From assembly GCA_015709615.1 (NCBI GenBank), contig CP054179.1, positions 278,785 to 342,784 on the forward strand: a stretch of 64,000 nucleotides of DNA, in the 5' to 3' direction. This document shows, in pieces, positions 30,163-39,343 of the stretch; the first letter of the stretch is position 1; each line of letters begins with the position of its first letter. The stretch is from Gammaproteobacteria bacterium (GTDB taxonomy: Bacteria > Pseudomonadota > Gammaproteobacteria > Burkholderiales > Nitrosomonadaceae). Made by a program: the position numbers and the translations under genes. Under the pieces are notes generated by a model, which saw only the letters and a list, made by a program, of their open reading frames with translations, searched no databases and was not told the DNA's origin.

Positions 30163-30831
30163 TTATTTCGCGGTGGTGGATAAATGGGTGTTAGGGCTGG
30201 CGCCGATCTCTGACTTGATTTTTCCGGTCAGTGACGCGATGTAGTTCTGTTGATGTAATCCGGCCTTGGTCTGGTCTGCTAACTCTGATTCCTTGCTGAA
30301 TGCGCGGAACAGGATGTAATCGAGCAATGCATTCTGGTAGATGTCATCAAGCGAGATGACGCTTGCCAAAACAGCATCGTCCGGTATCGCGCCATAGACG
30401 ATTTCCACGTAGTTCTGATTGACCGTAGGCTGCGGCGGATAAACATAGAAATGCTTAGGATCAAGCACCGAGTACATGAAATGTTTTACTTCCGCACTGG
30501 CGGTTTGCTGGTGCCAATTCGGCACTTGCGCGTCCATGATCTTTTGATCCGTGATGCGGATCGGCCGCCCTGGTGTAGAACCGCTCTCGCCCATGTTGCG
30601 CACGATGTCGATCAGCTGGGCTGCATTGGATGGCAATCCCTGTTTCGTGCCGGCCGCAAGTTTCATGGTCGTGTTGATCACGAATGCATTGGGTTTTAAA
30701 ACCACTATTTCGCGCTGTCCGTCATTCAGCCAGCCGAGCAATTCCGCATCCGGCCAACGAACGCCGGTGGTGTCCTGCAATGGGATTTGCGCTTTGTCTA
30801 CGATTGATTGTGCTGTTATGGTGGTGGCCAT
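30163..30831 (-). CDS. probable head-tail adaptor/connector protein
   Basis: 222 aa, positioned between the capsid and tail blocks. Family assignment from memory only. Confidence 0.5.
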   Translation of the reverse strand: MATTITAQSIVDKAQIPLQDTTGVRWPDAELLGWLNDGQREIVVLKPNAFVINTTMKLAAGTKQGLPSNAAQLIDIVRNMGESGSTPGRPIRITDQKIMDAQVPNWHQQTASAEVKHFMYSVLDPKHFYVYPPQPTVNQNYVEIVYGAIPDDAVLASVISLDDIYQNALLDYILFRAFSKESELADQTKAGLHQQNYIASLTGKIKSEIGASPNTHLSTTAK

Positions 30832-30845
30832 GACTCTGATCGCAC

Positions 30846-31487
30846 CTATGAGAAGTAAGCAGTGGTTCTGATCGCGCCACGGCCGAGCGCTTTGGCTGAA
30901 GATGCATTGGCGCCAGATATTGCCGCATCAAACAGCGATTTCCGGTATGTGCCATTCTGCGGATCGGTCCATCCTTTGCCGGACATCAGCATCAGATTCG
31001 CGGCCGCGCCATTGGCGATGTCGTACAGATATTTGCTGGCAATCCATTTGGGGAAACTCACGGAAGTAATGCTCGGCTTCAAAGCCAGGGTCAGCACCAA
31101 GCCACCGGCAATGGTGGAATCTGGCACTGGTGCCAATAGGATTTGCTCGGTGTCTATCTGTGTGTAGTATTTTGGCTGTGCGCTATCAGTGCGCCAGCGC
31201 GGCGATTCTTGATCAAGCCACTCGGTCGATTGAGGTTTTAATTTATAGCCATCGAAAGCTGCGTTAAGTACAACGGCCAGTTCGGACCCTGGCGGCAAAT
31301 CAATGGTGTATCCGTTTTCGCCTGCATCAATATCGATTGGATCGGGCAGGTGCTTCCAAATCCACGATCTTGCGCAAAACTCGATGATCGCGTGCTTGGT
31401 TGCGCTTTCAACGGTTGGGTCAGGCGGATACGCGGCAAGCAGCCCTAGAACCTCGCTCGTAATGTCGGAATATTTTGTGGTAGCCAT
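30846..31487 (-). CDS. hypothetical structural (head completion-like) protein
   Basis: 213-aa ORF, first gene after a strong terminator. Confidence 0.65.
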   Translation of the reverse strand: MATTKYSDITSEVLGLLAAYPPDPTVESATKHAIIEFCARSWIWKHLPDPIDIDAGENGYTIDLPPGSELAVVLNAAFDGYKLKPQSTEWLDQESPRWRTDSAQPKYYTQIDTEQILLAPVPDSTIAGGLVLTLALKPSITSVSFPKWIASKYLYDIANGAAANLMLMSGKGWTDPQNGTYRKSLFDAAISGANASSAKALGRGAIRTTAYFS

Positions 31488-31534
31488 AATTTGAAATTAT
31501 GGAATCCGCTTTTCAATTCGACCTTTTGCGAGAA

Positions 31535-31568
31535 AACAAAAAAGCCGCTAAAGAGCGGCCTTTTATTT
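31535..31568. terminator. bidirectional intrinsic terminator
   Basis: GCCGCT-AAAG-AGCGGC flanked by an A-run (AACAAAAAA) and CTTTTATTT. Confidence 0.75.
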
Positions 31569-31583
31569 GGGCTTAAGAGGAAA

Positions 31584-31952
31584 CTAGGCGGGTGCCGTTT
31601 CTGGTGCTGGCTCAGGTGCAGGTGTAAATTCTGCGGCAGGTGCCGGTTCCGGTGCTGGGGCTGGCGCCTCATCAGGAATCTCAGCATCAGCAACATCCAA
31701 ATTCCCGATCAGACGATTAGCGGCTTCTGCGATTTGTGGAGAAACGTTATCAGCGTTTTCCACTGCCGTTTTCAGCATCCGTATTTCACTAACAATCTTC
31801 TCTGATTTCGCATTTGCGTCGTTCAGTTTGTCCAATAATTCTTGCTGATTCATAGCAATTTTCCTCAGTAAACGTTCCTGCCGTAGTAATACATTAATCA
31901 CAACGGCGGCAGTGACCGCTATGATTTGTTTCTTTCTGCTCTTTTCGCTCAT
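31584..31952 (-). CDS. membrane-anchored coiled-coil protein with Pro/Ala/Glu-rich tail (start uncertain)
   Basis: The 122-aa form has an N-terminal hydrophobic segment (IIAVTAAVVINVLL) and a GGGAG RBS. An alternative ATG at 31853 has a GAGGA RBS and gives 89 aa. Confidence 0.6.
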   Translation of the reverse strand: MSEKSRKKQIIAVTAAVVINVLLRQERLLRKIAMNQQELLDKLNDANAKSEKIVSEIRMLKTAVENADNVSPQIAEAANRLIGNLDVADAEIPDEAPAPAPEPAPAAEFTPAPEPAPETAPA

Positions 31953-32412
31953 GATTCAATCTCCCAGTCTTGATGTGTATCACCGGCCGCCTGTCATGAA
32001 TAAATCTGCATCCAAAATCGTGCACCGCATCATAAAAATACTCAGCACGGAATCGCGTAATCGCTTGAATTAATCCCTTTGCAGTACCTTGATAATTGTA
32101 CGAATCCTCAATAATCAATTCTTTCAGCAACCGGTCAAACTGATCTTTGAATGAATCCGGCAAATGCCCTTCACGGATCAGCTGATACCCGGCATCGTGC
32201 ACGAGCGATGCGGCCATCGTGCTCGCTGTATCGATTGTCGGACCGCTCGGGCCGTCCCAGGCATAACCGGCCTCTATAATGAGCAGACCGGACATCAGCA
32301 GCGTAATGTACGGCGTGACAATATCGTGCTGTGGACAAATATCTGTTTGGATGATGTATCGGCGCTGAAGCTGGTACTTATAACCACCCTTGTAATAAAG
32401 ATCGGTTCTCAT
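31894..32412 (-). CDS. DUF1353-like protein
   Basis: 172 aa with the AGYAWDGPSGP motif characteristic of DUF1353 as I recall it. Confidence 0.6.
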   Translation of the reverse strand: MRTDLYYKGGYKYQLQRRYIIQTDICPQHDIVTPYITLLMSGLLIIEAGYAWDGPSGPTIDTASTMAASLVHDAGYQLIREGHLPDSFKDQFDRLLKELIIEDSYNYQGTAKGLIQAITRFRAEYFYDAVHDFGCRFIHDRRPVIHIKTGRLNHERKEQKETNHSGHCRRCD

Positions 32413-32415
32413 CGC

Positions 32416-32940
32416 TTATGGGACAACCGTCACATGATTTTTAAGTTCAGTCACACATGCGTTGTAAGCAATTACGGTTTCTTGAGCAAGCTCGGCGATT
32501 TCTTCAAGAGATCGCTCAACATCTGCGGGAAGTCGTATTTGTTCTCTTCCACCAGACTCGCCGGAACCGTCGGTTTTTCCTCGCACGCGCACGGCTTCAC
32601 TATCATCGCAGGCTTGGGCGGTGATCCACATGCCGCCAGAAGAAGCGCGCTGAGCACGCATATCGCTTTTAAGCTTTGCAATCGCTTTGTCTTTTTCATT
32701 TATTACCCCCATTGTGTGATTAATATCCTGCTTGCTTTGAGCGGCAACACGCGCCATAGCTTCGCTCAGTTCCTTTGCTTGAGCCGTAATCCGTTCGTTG
32801 TCTCTTTCCATCCAGATGGCGCGCTCAACCTTGCGGCCGTTTTCGTGGATGCCGTGACCGATGAACCAGATAAGCCCGAGGATTGCCGCGATTCCGATGA
32901 TAGTTGGCAGTTCTTTGATTAAAAGTTCTGGCATTTTCAA
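32416..32940 (-). CDS. i-spanin (Rz-like)
   Basis: 174 aa. N-terminal TM helix (LPTIIGIAAILGLIWFIGHGI), then a charged coiled-coil. Carries an embedded lipoprotein ORF. Confidence 0.8.
   Translation of the reverse strand: MKMPELLIKELPTIIGIAAILGLIWFIGHGIHENGRKVERAIWMERDNERITAQAKELSEAMARVAAQSKQDINHTMGVINEKDKAIAKLKSDMRAQRASSGGMWITAQACDDSEAVRVRGKTDGSGESGGREQIRLPADVERSLEEIAELAQETVIAYNACVTELKNHVTVVP
32472..32699 (-). CDS. o-spanin (Rz1-like lipoprotein) embedded in the i-spanin gene
   Basis: 75 aa in an alternative frame. Signal peptide plus lipobox LLAAC, Pro-rich mature part. Confidence 0.75.
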   Translation of the reverse strand: MKKTKRLQSLKAICVLSALLLAACGSPPKPAMIVKPCACEEKPTVPASLVEENKYDFPQMLSDLLKKSPSLLKKP

Positions 32941-32952
32941 TCCCTTTAATAG

Positions 32953-34044
32953 TTACGCCTGAATAAACGGACATTTGTTCCAAATTCGATGACCCGCTGC
33001 TGTTGTGATGCGCTGAAATGACGATGCGGAATAAACCGATTGCACGATAAACCGGCCAATCGGCAAATTGAGCGCACCCATATGCCGTCCACCGATCTTG
33101 TCGATTATTTTTGTGCGTACCATTGTTGCCATATCAGTCACGGCCATCCATGTTCGACCACTTGTCAGATCATCATAATTAGCCGCGCGGATATGTTCGA
33201 TTTCAATTTTTAGCCATGTGCCAATCTGGGGCGAATATGCTACGGCGCTTGCGGATGGATACGGCGCTGTGTACTCCTGCCAGTATGTAATTAACGGTAA
33301 TGTAGGGTGGTTTGCGTTGCTATCCATTTTTAGCGACAGATATAGATTCCCGCCAGAATCTTTGAACAATTCGGTTATTAGCCTCAGGTCTCCCCAGCCG
33401 TATTGATAAATACCATTTGCAGAATCGTACGCACCGTTTGTTTTAAACTCTATCGCCGGGTTCATCCAATTGTTACTCGGATAAGCGAGTTTTGCTCCCA
33501 AGTCAGCATCTAGCTTTATGTAGCCGACGTAATAAAACCTGGGAATATCCTGCACTTGCGATGCGTAGTATCCTCGTCCGTTGACCATGATCAGCGGCGA
33601 TTGCGGTCTGCCATTTGCAGATGTCCCGCCGTCATTATCAATATGGATCGTCAGCGCGTACGGCGATATCCCTTTTTCCGCAAACTCTATTAGTAGATTG
33701 TCGGCGTCGGCAGTACCACCTGATATTTCTGCGATAGTGTTGTAACTATATGAACTTAGTTTAGGTGTGCCGCCCTCGCTATCTAAATATAGATTTTGCG
33801 ATGTCAGAATTTGCGAAAACAATTCTGCGTGCGGGCCAAAATTGTCGGCAATGGCAGAAGGGAATGCCACGCCACCAATGCTACCCGTGCCAGTAATATG
33901 AGATTCAAAATCCTTCAAGCTACCAGCGGTATGCGAGACTGGCGCAAAGTCTACTCCGTTGCCAAGATCGCCCAGGTCTAAAAGCAGTTTTGCAGGGGCG
34001 CTATTTACCTGATAATTTGAGAGCACGCTAAATCCGTCAGCCAT
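32953..34044 (-). CDS. hypothetical tail-associated protein
   Basis: 363-aa ORF. I have only a weak impression of a jelly-roll glycan-binding or lyase-like fold. Confidence 0.6.
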   Translation of the reverse strand: MADGFSVLSNYQVNSAPAKLLLDLGDLGNGVDFAPVSHTAGSLKDFESHITGTGSIGGVAFPSAIADNFGPHAELFSQILTSQNLYLDSEGGTPKLSSYSYNTIAEISGGTADADNLLIEFAEKGISPYALTIHIDNDGGTSANGRPQSPLIMVNGRGYYASQVQDIPRFYYVGYIKLDADLGAKLAYPSNNWMNPAIEFKTNGAYDSANGIYQYGWGDLRLITELFKDSGGNLYLSLKMDSNANHPTLPLITYWQEYTAPYPSASAVAYSPQIGTWLKIEIEHIRAANYDDLTSGRTWMAVTDMATMVRTKIIDKIGGRHMGALNLPIGRFIVQSVYSASSFQRITTAAGHRIWNKCPFIQA

Positions 34045-34050
34045 GATGTC

Positions 34051-35010
34051 CTAAGCGCCTCCGGTAAATATTTCTATTTGCCCTGAATTTAGGGTGATCG
34101 TGTCGGTATTGCCATTGCAAGCCACCGAGAACCCGAAATAAAATGGCGCCGAATCCATGCTGCCGGATAATGTAATAGGTGATCCAAGCACAGGGTTTGG
34201 AGATGTCACTAACACATACCCGGAATACGAATTTGTTGATACGTATCCTGTTCTGAGTAGCCTTGAATTACCTCCGGAATCCGACAAACGCTGGAACATT
34301 ACGCGTTCCGCAAAACAGAATCCACCACTGCCGCCGGTAGTTGCCCCGCTGTCATAGACGGCAGTATCCCCAGAATTTCCATTTACGCCGCAGCGGTACC
34401 GTATAGTTGCTGCATTCACGCTCCCGGCTTTCCCAAGTGACGGCATTAGTATGAGATGATCCCCAGGCTGCAATAATGATTTACCGTTGTTCACCGGTAT
34501 GATCGTTTGCAACGGGAATTCTTCTGCAGTGCCTGTTTTAGTCCAGCCTGAATATACTTTTTCAGCGAACATCCAATTATTGTCCGGGCGCCATCTTATG
34601 CCGTCACAATAAAACCCCTGGCCGTCGATGCCTACAGTTGGGTCCCAGCAGCGCCATCCTTTCCTGGCCGCATTCGCAGCAGGGAAACCACTAAAACCGC
34701 TGAAAACAATATGTCCGCCGCTTACCTGCTGAAATTTAGCAGGAACAACGGTTGAATCTCCGACGAATAGCACACCACCAGCAAGATTAAGAGATGAGTG
34801 TTTATCGATAATGCGGATAAACTTGCCGCCAAAATTGGCAGCATCGAGACTAAGAAAGTCACTCCACAGATATTCTGCCACCGAAGCCGCTGGCTGCCCG
34901 GTAGCTGGGTCTATTAAGCCGACAGGAACACCCAAAATATAATACCAGCGAGGGATACCGAGTTCTTTTGTCTCTTCGTCAACGTCAACGTACTGGAATG
35001 ATCCGACCAT
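34051..35010 (-). CDS. hypothetical tail-associated protein
   Basis: 319-aa Gly/Ser-rich ORF. Confidence 0.65.
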   Translation of the reverse strand: MVGSFQYVDVDEETKELGIPRWYYILGVPVGLIDPATGQPAASVAEYLWSDFLSLDAANFGGKFIRIIDKHSSLNLAGGVLFVGDSTVVPAKFQQVSGGHIVFSGFSGFPAANAARKGWRCWDPTVGIDGQGFYCDGIRWRPDNNWMFAEKVYSGWTKTGTAEEFPLQTIIPVNNGKSLLQPGDHLILMPSLGKAGSVNAATIRYRCGVNGNSGDTAVYDSGATTGGSGGFCFAERVMFQRLSDSGGNSRLLRTGYVSTNSYSGYVLVTSPNPVLGSPITLSGSMDSAPFYFGFSVACNGNTDTITLNSGQIEIFTGGA

Positions 35011-35012
35011 TT

Positions 35013-35306
35013 CTATCTTCTCCCAACCCAGTGGTATTCAAGAGTTCCAGTAGTTGCACCTGCTGCCGCAATTACTGCTATCTTGTATTGATGTCCTACG
35101 GAAAATAAATCCGAGCGGCCTTTTTTGAAAAAAATGCCCTTTGTTGTGTTTAATCCTGTTTGTGGATCAACTGCACCGATTCTTATCCTGCAGTCACAAT
35201 CGACGCTAATTTGATAAACGCCCATTTCAAGCGCAGGAGATTGCGCTGCAGAGCTTGAGATAGACAAAGTACCAGGATCATGATCAACAATATCCAAAGC
35301 GTCCAT
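35013..35306 (-). CDS. hypothetical protein
   Basis: 97-aa ORF, tightly spaced with the downstream gene. Confidence 0.6.
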   Translation of the reverse strand: MDALDIVDHDPGTLSISSSAAQSPALEMGVYQISVDCDCRIRIGAVDPQTGLNTTKGIFFKKGRSDLFSVGHQYKIAVIAAAGATTGTLEYHWVGRR

Positions 35307-35425
35307 AATCGATTTCCCAGATAAATTAATGCGATTGATTATGGTATCGCTGCAACAATTCGACCTTTACCGGGTCAATATGAATATGATCTGTTGATAC
35401 TTGCTTTGAGCGATGAGGTAAAAAA

Positions 35426-35851
35426 ATGAAATTCTTGCTGATACTACTGATTCTTTTCCCCAGTTTGTCGCATGCCGATGAATACCTCGGTCAATATAGC
35501 GTGAATCAATTTTTACCTGCCGCGATAGCGAATCAGTACGGTGCAGGCAGTCAATTTGACCCGCGCAGCGTGTTAAATCAGTTCGGGGAATACGGTAGCA
35601 GGTACAGCAACCAATCGACAAACAATCCCAATGCAACCGATGCGCCGCGGCTGTATGACAGTCAAGGAAATTACCGGGGACAACTAAGTTCCAATCAATA
35701 CGATCCTGAATCCATATCGAACCAATTTGGCCGTTTTGGCAGTCAGTTCAGTCCTGAATCGGTCCATAATGAATTTGGTGCGGGGAATAGATTTGATCCC
35801 GATAGCCCGAACAATCAATTTGGTTACGGGCTGCGGGTATATGGCAGGTAA
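35426..35851 (+). CDS. secreted NQ(F/Y)G-repeat protein (moron)
   Basis: 141 aa on the opposite strand to all neighbours. Signal peptide MKFLLILLILFPSLSHA and repeated NQFG..GS.F.P.S units. Confidence 0.75.
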   Translation: MKFLLILLILFPSLSHADEYLGQYSVNQFLPAAIANQYGAGSQFDPRSVLNQFGEYGSRYSNQSTNNPNATDAPRLYDSQGNYRGQLSSNQYDPESISNQFGRFGSQFSPESVHNEFGAGNRFDPDSPNNQFGYGLRVYGR

Positions 35852-36271
35852 TTAACCGAGATCGGCTTTTAGCGCTTCCAGTTCATCGATCAGCTGCTTC
35901 TTGGTCATGGTTTCCGGCAAGTCTTTACCGTACTTTGCTTTTGCTAGTACGATCAATTCATCCTTGGTCATTTTCTCAAGTGGAATCGATGTGTCAACGG
36001 TGTTTGATTGACCGTCATCCTGATTGCCATCGTCATCATTACCGTTGTCATTACCATCTCCACCATCATTGTAGCCGCCGTTTTCATCCTGTTGCTCAGG
36101 TGGCTCTTCCATCTTCGCCCATTGATCAGGATACTTCAGAAGTATTGCGGCCTGTTCCTTCGTCACTTCCTGAATATCGCCATTCCCTGCCCAGGTTTTG
36201 CCAGAGCGTGCAACGTTATCGAATGCGCTGGGTTTCTTTCCTACATAAATTATTTTCACCATTTTAGCCAT
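35852..36271 (-). CDS. hypothetical protein with acidic D/N/G linker and C-terminal HeH/SAP-like motif
   Basis: 139 aa. C-terminus MTKDELIVLAKAKYGKDLPETMTKKQLIDELE. Confidence 0.7.
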   Translation of the reverse strand: MAKMVKIIYVGKKPSAFDNVARSGKTWAGNGDIQEVTKEQAAILLKYPDQWAKMEEPPEQQDENGGYNDGGDGNDNGNDDDGNQDDGQSNTVDTSIPLEKMTKDELIVLAKAKYGKDLPETMTKKQLIDELEALKADLG

Positions 36272-36292
36272 TGTCTTTTTCCTCTTTGGTTA

Positions 36293-36320
36293 GAAAAAAG
36301 GCGACCATAAAGATCGCCCT
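36293..36320 (-). terminator. intrinsic terminator after the decoration-like gene
   Basis: Minus strand: GGCGA-loop-TCGCC followed by TTTTTTC. Confidence 0.5.
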
Positions 36321-36341
36321 TTCGTTCAAGCACGCAACAGA

Positions 36342-36746
36342 TTACTTTCCTCTGAATTCAAAGGTAATAACACTGTCGATTTGACCGGTTGCAGCCGCAC
36401 CCTTGATGGTTGCGATGATGTATGCGTCGTATAGCAGTGTAACCGGCGCGGAAGCGGAACGATTCGCGCCAGCAGACGTTGCCGCAGCTGCGGTTAACCA
36501 CTGAGTTGCGCTTCCCCCAGCTTCTCCGTTGACGTACTCAAAACCAAGATCAACGGTAGCGCCCGATCCAAGCGCTCCGGTAATCAGCTTAGCATCAAAA
36601 ACTTTCGTACCGGCGTAGAGTTTACTTAGCCGCACTTTGTCATTGATCTGTGCCGCCGCCAGCGTTGTTTTGCCGTGTTGCGCCGCCAGAGGGCAATCAC
36701 CGGAATATGCAATATCTTGCAAGGTTGATGCGTTTATAATTGCCAT
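36342..36746 (-). CDS. probable head decoration/cement protein
   Basis: 134-aa ORF immediately downstream of the major capsid gene. Confidence 0.55.
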   Translation of the reverse strand: MAIINASTLQDIAYSGDCPLAAQHGKTTLAAAQINDKVRLSKLYAGTKVFDAKLITGALGSGATVDLGFEYVNGEAGGSATQWLTAAAATSAGANRSASAPVTLLYDAYIIATIKGAAATGQIDSVITFEFRGK

Positions 36747-36772
36747 TTCAGTATTCCTTGTAAGTTAATGAT

Positions 36773-36794
36773 GATGGGGCGATTAAACCCCATC
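36773..36794 (-). promoter_or_regulatory. 7-bp stem-loop just downstream of the capsid gene
   Basis: GATGGGG-8 nt-CCCCATC with no U-run. Possibly a transcript-stabilising or attenuating hairpin. Confidence 0.35.
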
Positions 36795-36811
36795 AGCCAT
36801 TATTGGTTTGA

Positions 36812-38092
36812 TTACGATCCTAACAGCGTTCTACCGGCAGAAGATGCAGGGCTAGGCGCGTAACTGTCGACTACCGCAACACCGAAATCCGTATCAGCAT
36901 CGTCGATTCTGAATCGGATTTTTGCGCAACCGCCCATTGATGCGGCCACTGTCTCGACGCTGTTGCCATGATCCACGGACTCTTCCGACCAATCGTAGAA
37001 ATAATCGGAATTAGATTTGCCGTATGCTTTCGCCAGCGCTTGCGCACCTACGATAATGGCGCGATCAACGTCGTTATCGGTAGTTGAAGAAACAGCTACG
37101 GTGCTTTCCGTGTAGGTGTTTCCGTCAGTACCGCCGGTATCGACGATTACGTTTGAACCGGCAGTAAATCGGATCGCATACCGATTCAATCGTTTGATCA
37201 GCACACCGTTCCACATGATCGTTTCGTATGCATCGAACAATGGATGTTTCACGCCCGGCGATTTGCGCTCATAGGCATTCTGCAATGCAGTGCGCCATGT
37301 GGTTTGGCTGGTTCTGCTTTGCAGATACAACCATTGCCGTTCGGTAACGAACATGACCCAAAGCGGTTCATTCCATGCGCGATCATCGCCTTTGATCTTG
37401 ATAGGCTGAAGAACGGATGGAGATTCACGCAGCTGGGAAACAATCCGGTCAACGTCTTGTAACGTTAATGCATCGTTGGAACCGATGGTGTCCGGTCCGG
37501 TGGCGTCATTAGCAGCGAAATAACGGTTTTTAGTAGGTGCTTTTACCGTATTGACCATAATTTCCGCGAAATCAGCATCGGCTTGCAATGGTATTACCCA
37601 ATCGCTAGTTTGCTGATAACCACGGGCACCGGCCAAATGCACGAGCGACGCCTGATCTTCCATGCGCTGCATCCACGCCTGCAGACCCATCATACTGATG
37701 TTTCGCAAGTTATGAACCGTGCGCTTTTGTGTCATGCGGCCACCGGAATCAGCACCAGCACGGCATTGGTTGATCAAGACATCCATGCTCGAATAGGTCA
37801 GCGGCATCATACGCCCGGCGATACGTTTATCGCCCATGACTGGCTTGCCTTGCAGGATATTGAACAGATCGATCGATACCGTATCGCCAGCGCCTTTGGA
37901 CAGATCACCCGCTTTAACAATCGGATAATCCGGTGAAGTTTGGCCTTTCGATTTGGATGCGAATGATCCTTCTTTGGGCATTTCACCGCTAATTAGATTC
38001 ATGAAACCAGGGGTGTGCTGTACACGGGTGAAAAGCCCAACAGAGTAAGCTTTTCGCGCTAGTGCAGAACCCACAGGGATAGAAGTTGGCAT
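36812..38092 (-). CDS. major capsid protein (N4-gp56-like family)
   Basis: 426 aa following the scaffold gene. N-terminal ...YPIVKAGDLSKGAGDTVSIDLFN... pattern typical of this capsid family from memory. Confidence 0.85.
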   Translation of the reverse strand: MPTSIPVGSALARKAYSVGLFTRVQHTPGFMNLISGEMPKEGSFASKSKGQTSPDYPIVKAGDLSKGAGDTVSIDLFNILQGKPVMGDKRIAGRMMPLTYSSMDVLINQCRAGADSGGRMTQKRTVHNLRNISMMGLQAWMQRMEDQASLVHLAGARGYQQTSDWVIPLQADADFAEIMVNTVKAPTKNRYFAANDATGPDTIGSNDALTLQDVDRIVSQLRESPSVLQPIKIKGDDRAWNEPLWVMFVTERQWLYLQSRTSQTTWRTALQNAYERKSPGVKHPLFDAYETIMWNGVLIKRLNRYAIRFTAGSNVIVDTGGTDGNTYTESTVAVSSTTDNDVDRAIIVGAQALAKAYGKSNSDYFYDWSEESVDHGNSVETVAASMGGCAKIRFRIDDADTDFGVAVVDSYAPSPASSAGRTLLGS

Positions 38093-38113
38093 TTTTTAAT
38101 CCTCTATGATTTT

Positions 38114-39157
38114 TTACAATGATTGAAGGTATTCATCCATTTGCTCTGCCGACATTCCTGCAAACTTTTCAGCGAGTTGCAGTGTCGTCATGTTTTCTAG
38201 CGCTGATCTTTCATCCGCTGCCGCATGTGTTCCGGCTGGGAATTCGGATAGGGAAGTTGGCACGTTGGATTTGCTTGCTGCGGCCATGCTTGCAGCCTTA
38301 TCCCGTGCGGCTTTCGCCATTTGTTCAGCGCTCATAGAGTTGGTTTTATTGCTGCCGGGTACTTCGATAGTTCTACCGAGTGCGTTTTCAACCATTTCAG
38401 CTACTTTGTTGAAGCGTTCTGTCAGCGGTTTATCTTCCCAAAACGGCTGATTTCTCAAGGTTTTGTCAAACTGCTGCGCTAACTCAAATGCTTCTGCGTC
38501 GGTTGCCTGAATGTGGGCAATCTTGGGAACGGCGTCGATAGCGTCCTGAACATCCTGCTTGGTTGTTCGCTGGCTTACCTCCTCCATTTCCTTTACTGAT
38601 TGCTCTACCGGGTTCAATTTGGCTTCAAGCTGCGCGGTTTTGGCCATCGCGGCTTGGTATGCTTTGTAGACAGTCGGAAAATCCTCCTTCAAAGCTTCCA
38701 AATCTTCGGCTGATAAATCCTCGGTTGCCTGATTCTGATCGTCGGCGCGGACGTTCTCGCCGGTGTTCGTCCCTGATGCGTTGGCTTGCTGTTTTGCTTC
38801 TAAGTCCGCTAATTTTTGCTGCGTTTCCTTGAGCAATTGCTCGGCTCGCGCAGCTTTGTCGCGTTCACTCTTCAGCACTGAGTACGGAATGACATGCTTG
38901 CCATCTTTCGTGGCTACGCCATCCGGCTCATTGTTCTGCTCTCCAACCTGATCATTGTCTGGCTTCTTATCGTTGTCCTGCTTTACGCTGTCATTAGCAT
39001 CAGATTTGCTTTCCTGTGTTTCCTCGGTTTTGGTTTCTTGCTTTTGTTCTTTGTCGGCATCGGGCGGCAATGCTTCCCCTGCTTCCAGTTGATTAAAAGC
39101 CTTCATCCATTCTTCCGGATCATCAGAAACGTTATTGATGTCAAATTCAGTGCTCAT
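38114..39157 (-). CDS. scaffolding protein
   Basis: 347-aa acidic, Gln/Glu/Lys/Ala-rich predicted coiled-coil between portal and capsid. Confidence 0.75.
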   Translation of the reverse strand: MSTEFDINNVSDDPEEWMKAFNQLEAGEALPPDADKEQKQETKTEETQESKSDANDSVKQDNDKKPDNDQVGEQNNEPDGVATKDGKHVIPYSVLKSERDKAARAEQLLKETQQKLADLEAKQQANASGTNTGENVRADDQNQATEDLSAEDLEALKEDFPTVYKAYQAAMAKTAQLEAKLNPVEQSVKEMEEVSQRTTKQDVQDAIDAVPKIAHIQATDAEAFELAQQFDKTLRNQPFWEDKPLTERFNKVAEMVENALGRTIEVPGSNKTNSMSAEQMAKAARDKAASMAAASKSNVPTSLSEFPAGTHAAADERSALENMTTLQLAEKFAGMSAEQMDEYLQSL

Positions 39158-39292
39158 AAAACTTTCTCTCCACGTTGTCGAAGTAGGTTTCGGAATACCG
39201 TCTAGCCGCTGCGCCTTATCCCAGGCGGGGAATCAGCGGCTTGCAGGTGTGAGGAAAGTTTCGGGCATGAAAAGTAATTCGACCTTTTTGCA

Positions 39293-39318
39293 AATGAAAA
39301 ACCCGCTTCAAGGCGGGC
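39293..39318 (-). terminator. weak intrinsic terminator between portal and scaffold genes
   Basis: Minus strand: CCCGC-CTTGAA-GCGGG followed by TTTTTCATTT. Confidence 0.45.
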
Positions 39319-39343
39319 TTTGTGGGTGAAGTGCTACGATTCT

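Noticed and set aside
32164-32922. A 252-aa plus-strand ORF opposite the spanin and DUF1353 genes.
   Set aside because: It is antisense to two well-supported genes (TM plus coiled-coil i-spanin with an embedded lipoprotein), and the product looks random.
35367-35636. An 89-aa minus-strand ORF overlapping the secreted repeat protein gene.
   Set aside because: The plus-strand ORF has a clear signal peptide and an internally repeated product. The minus-strand product is Cys/Arg/His-rich with no features.
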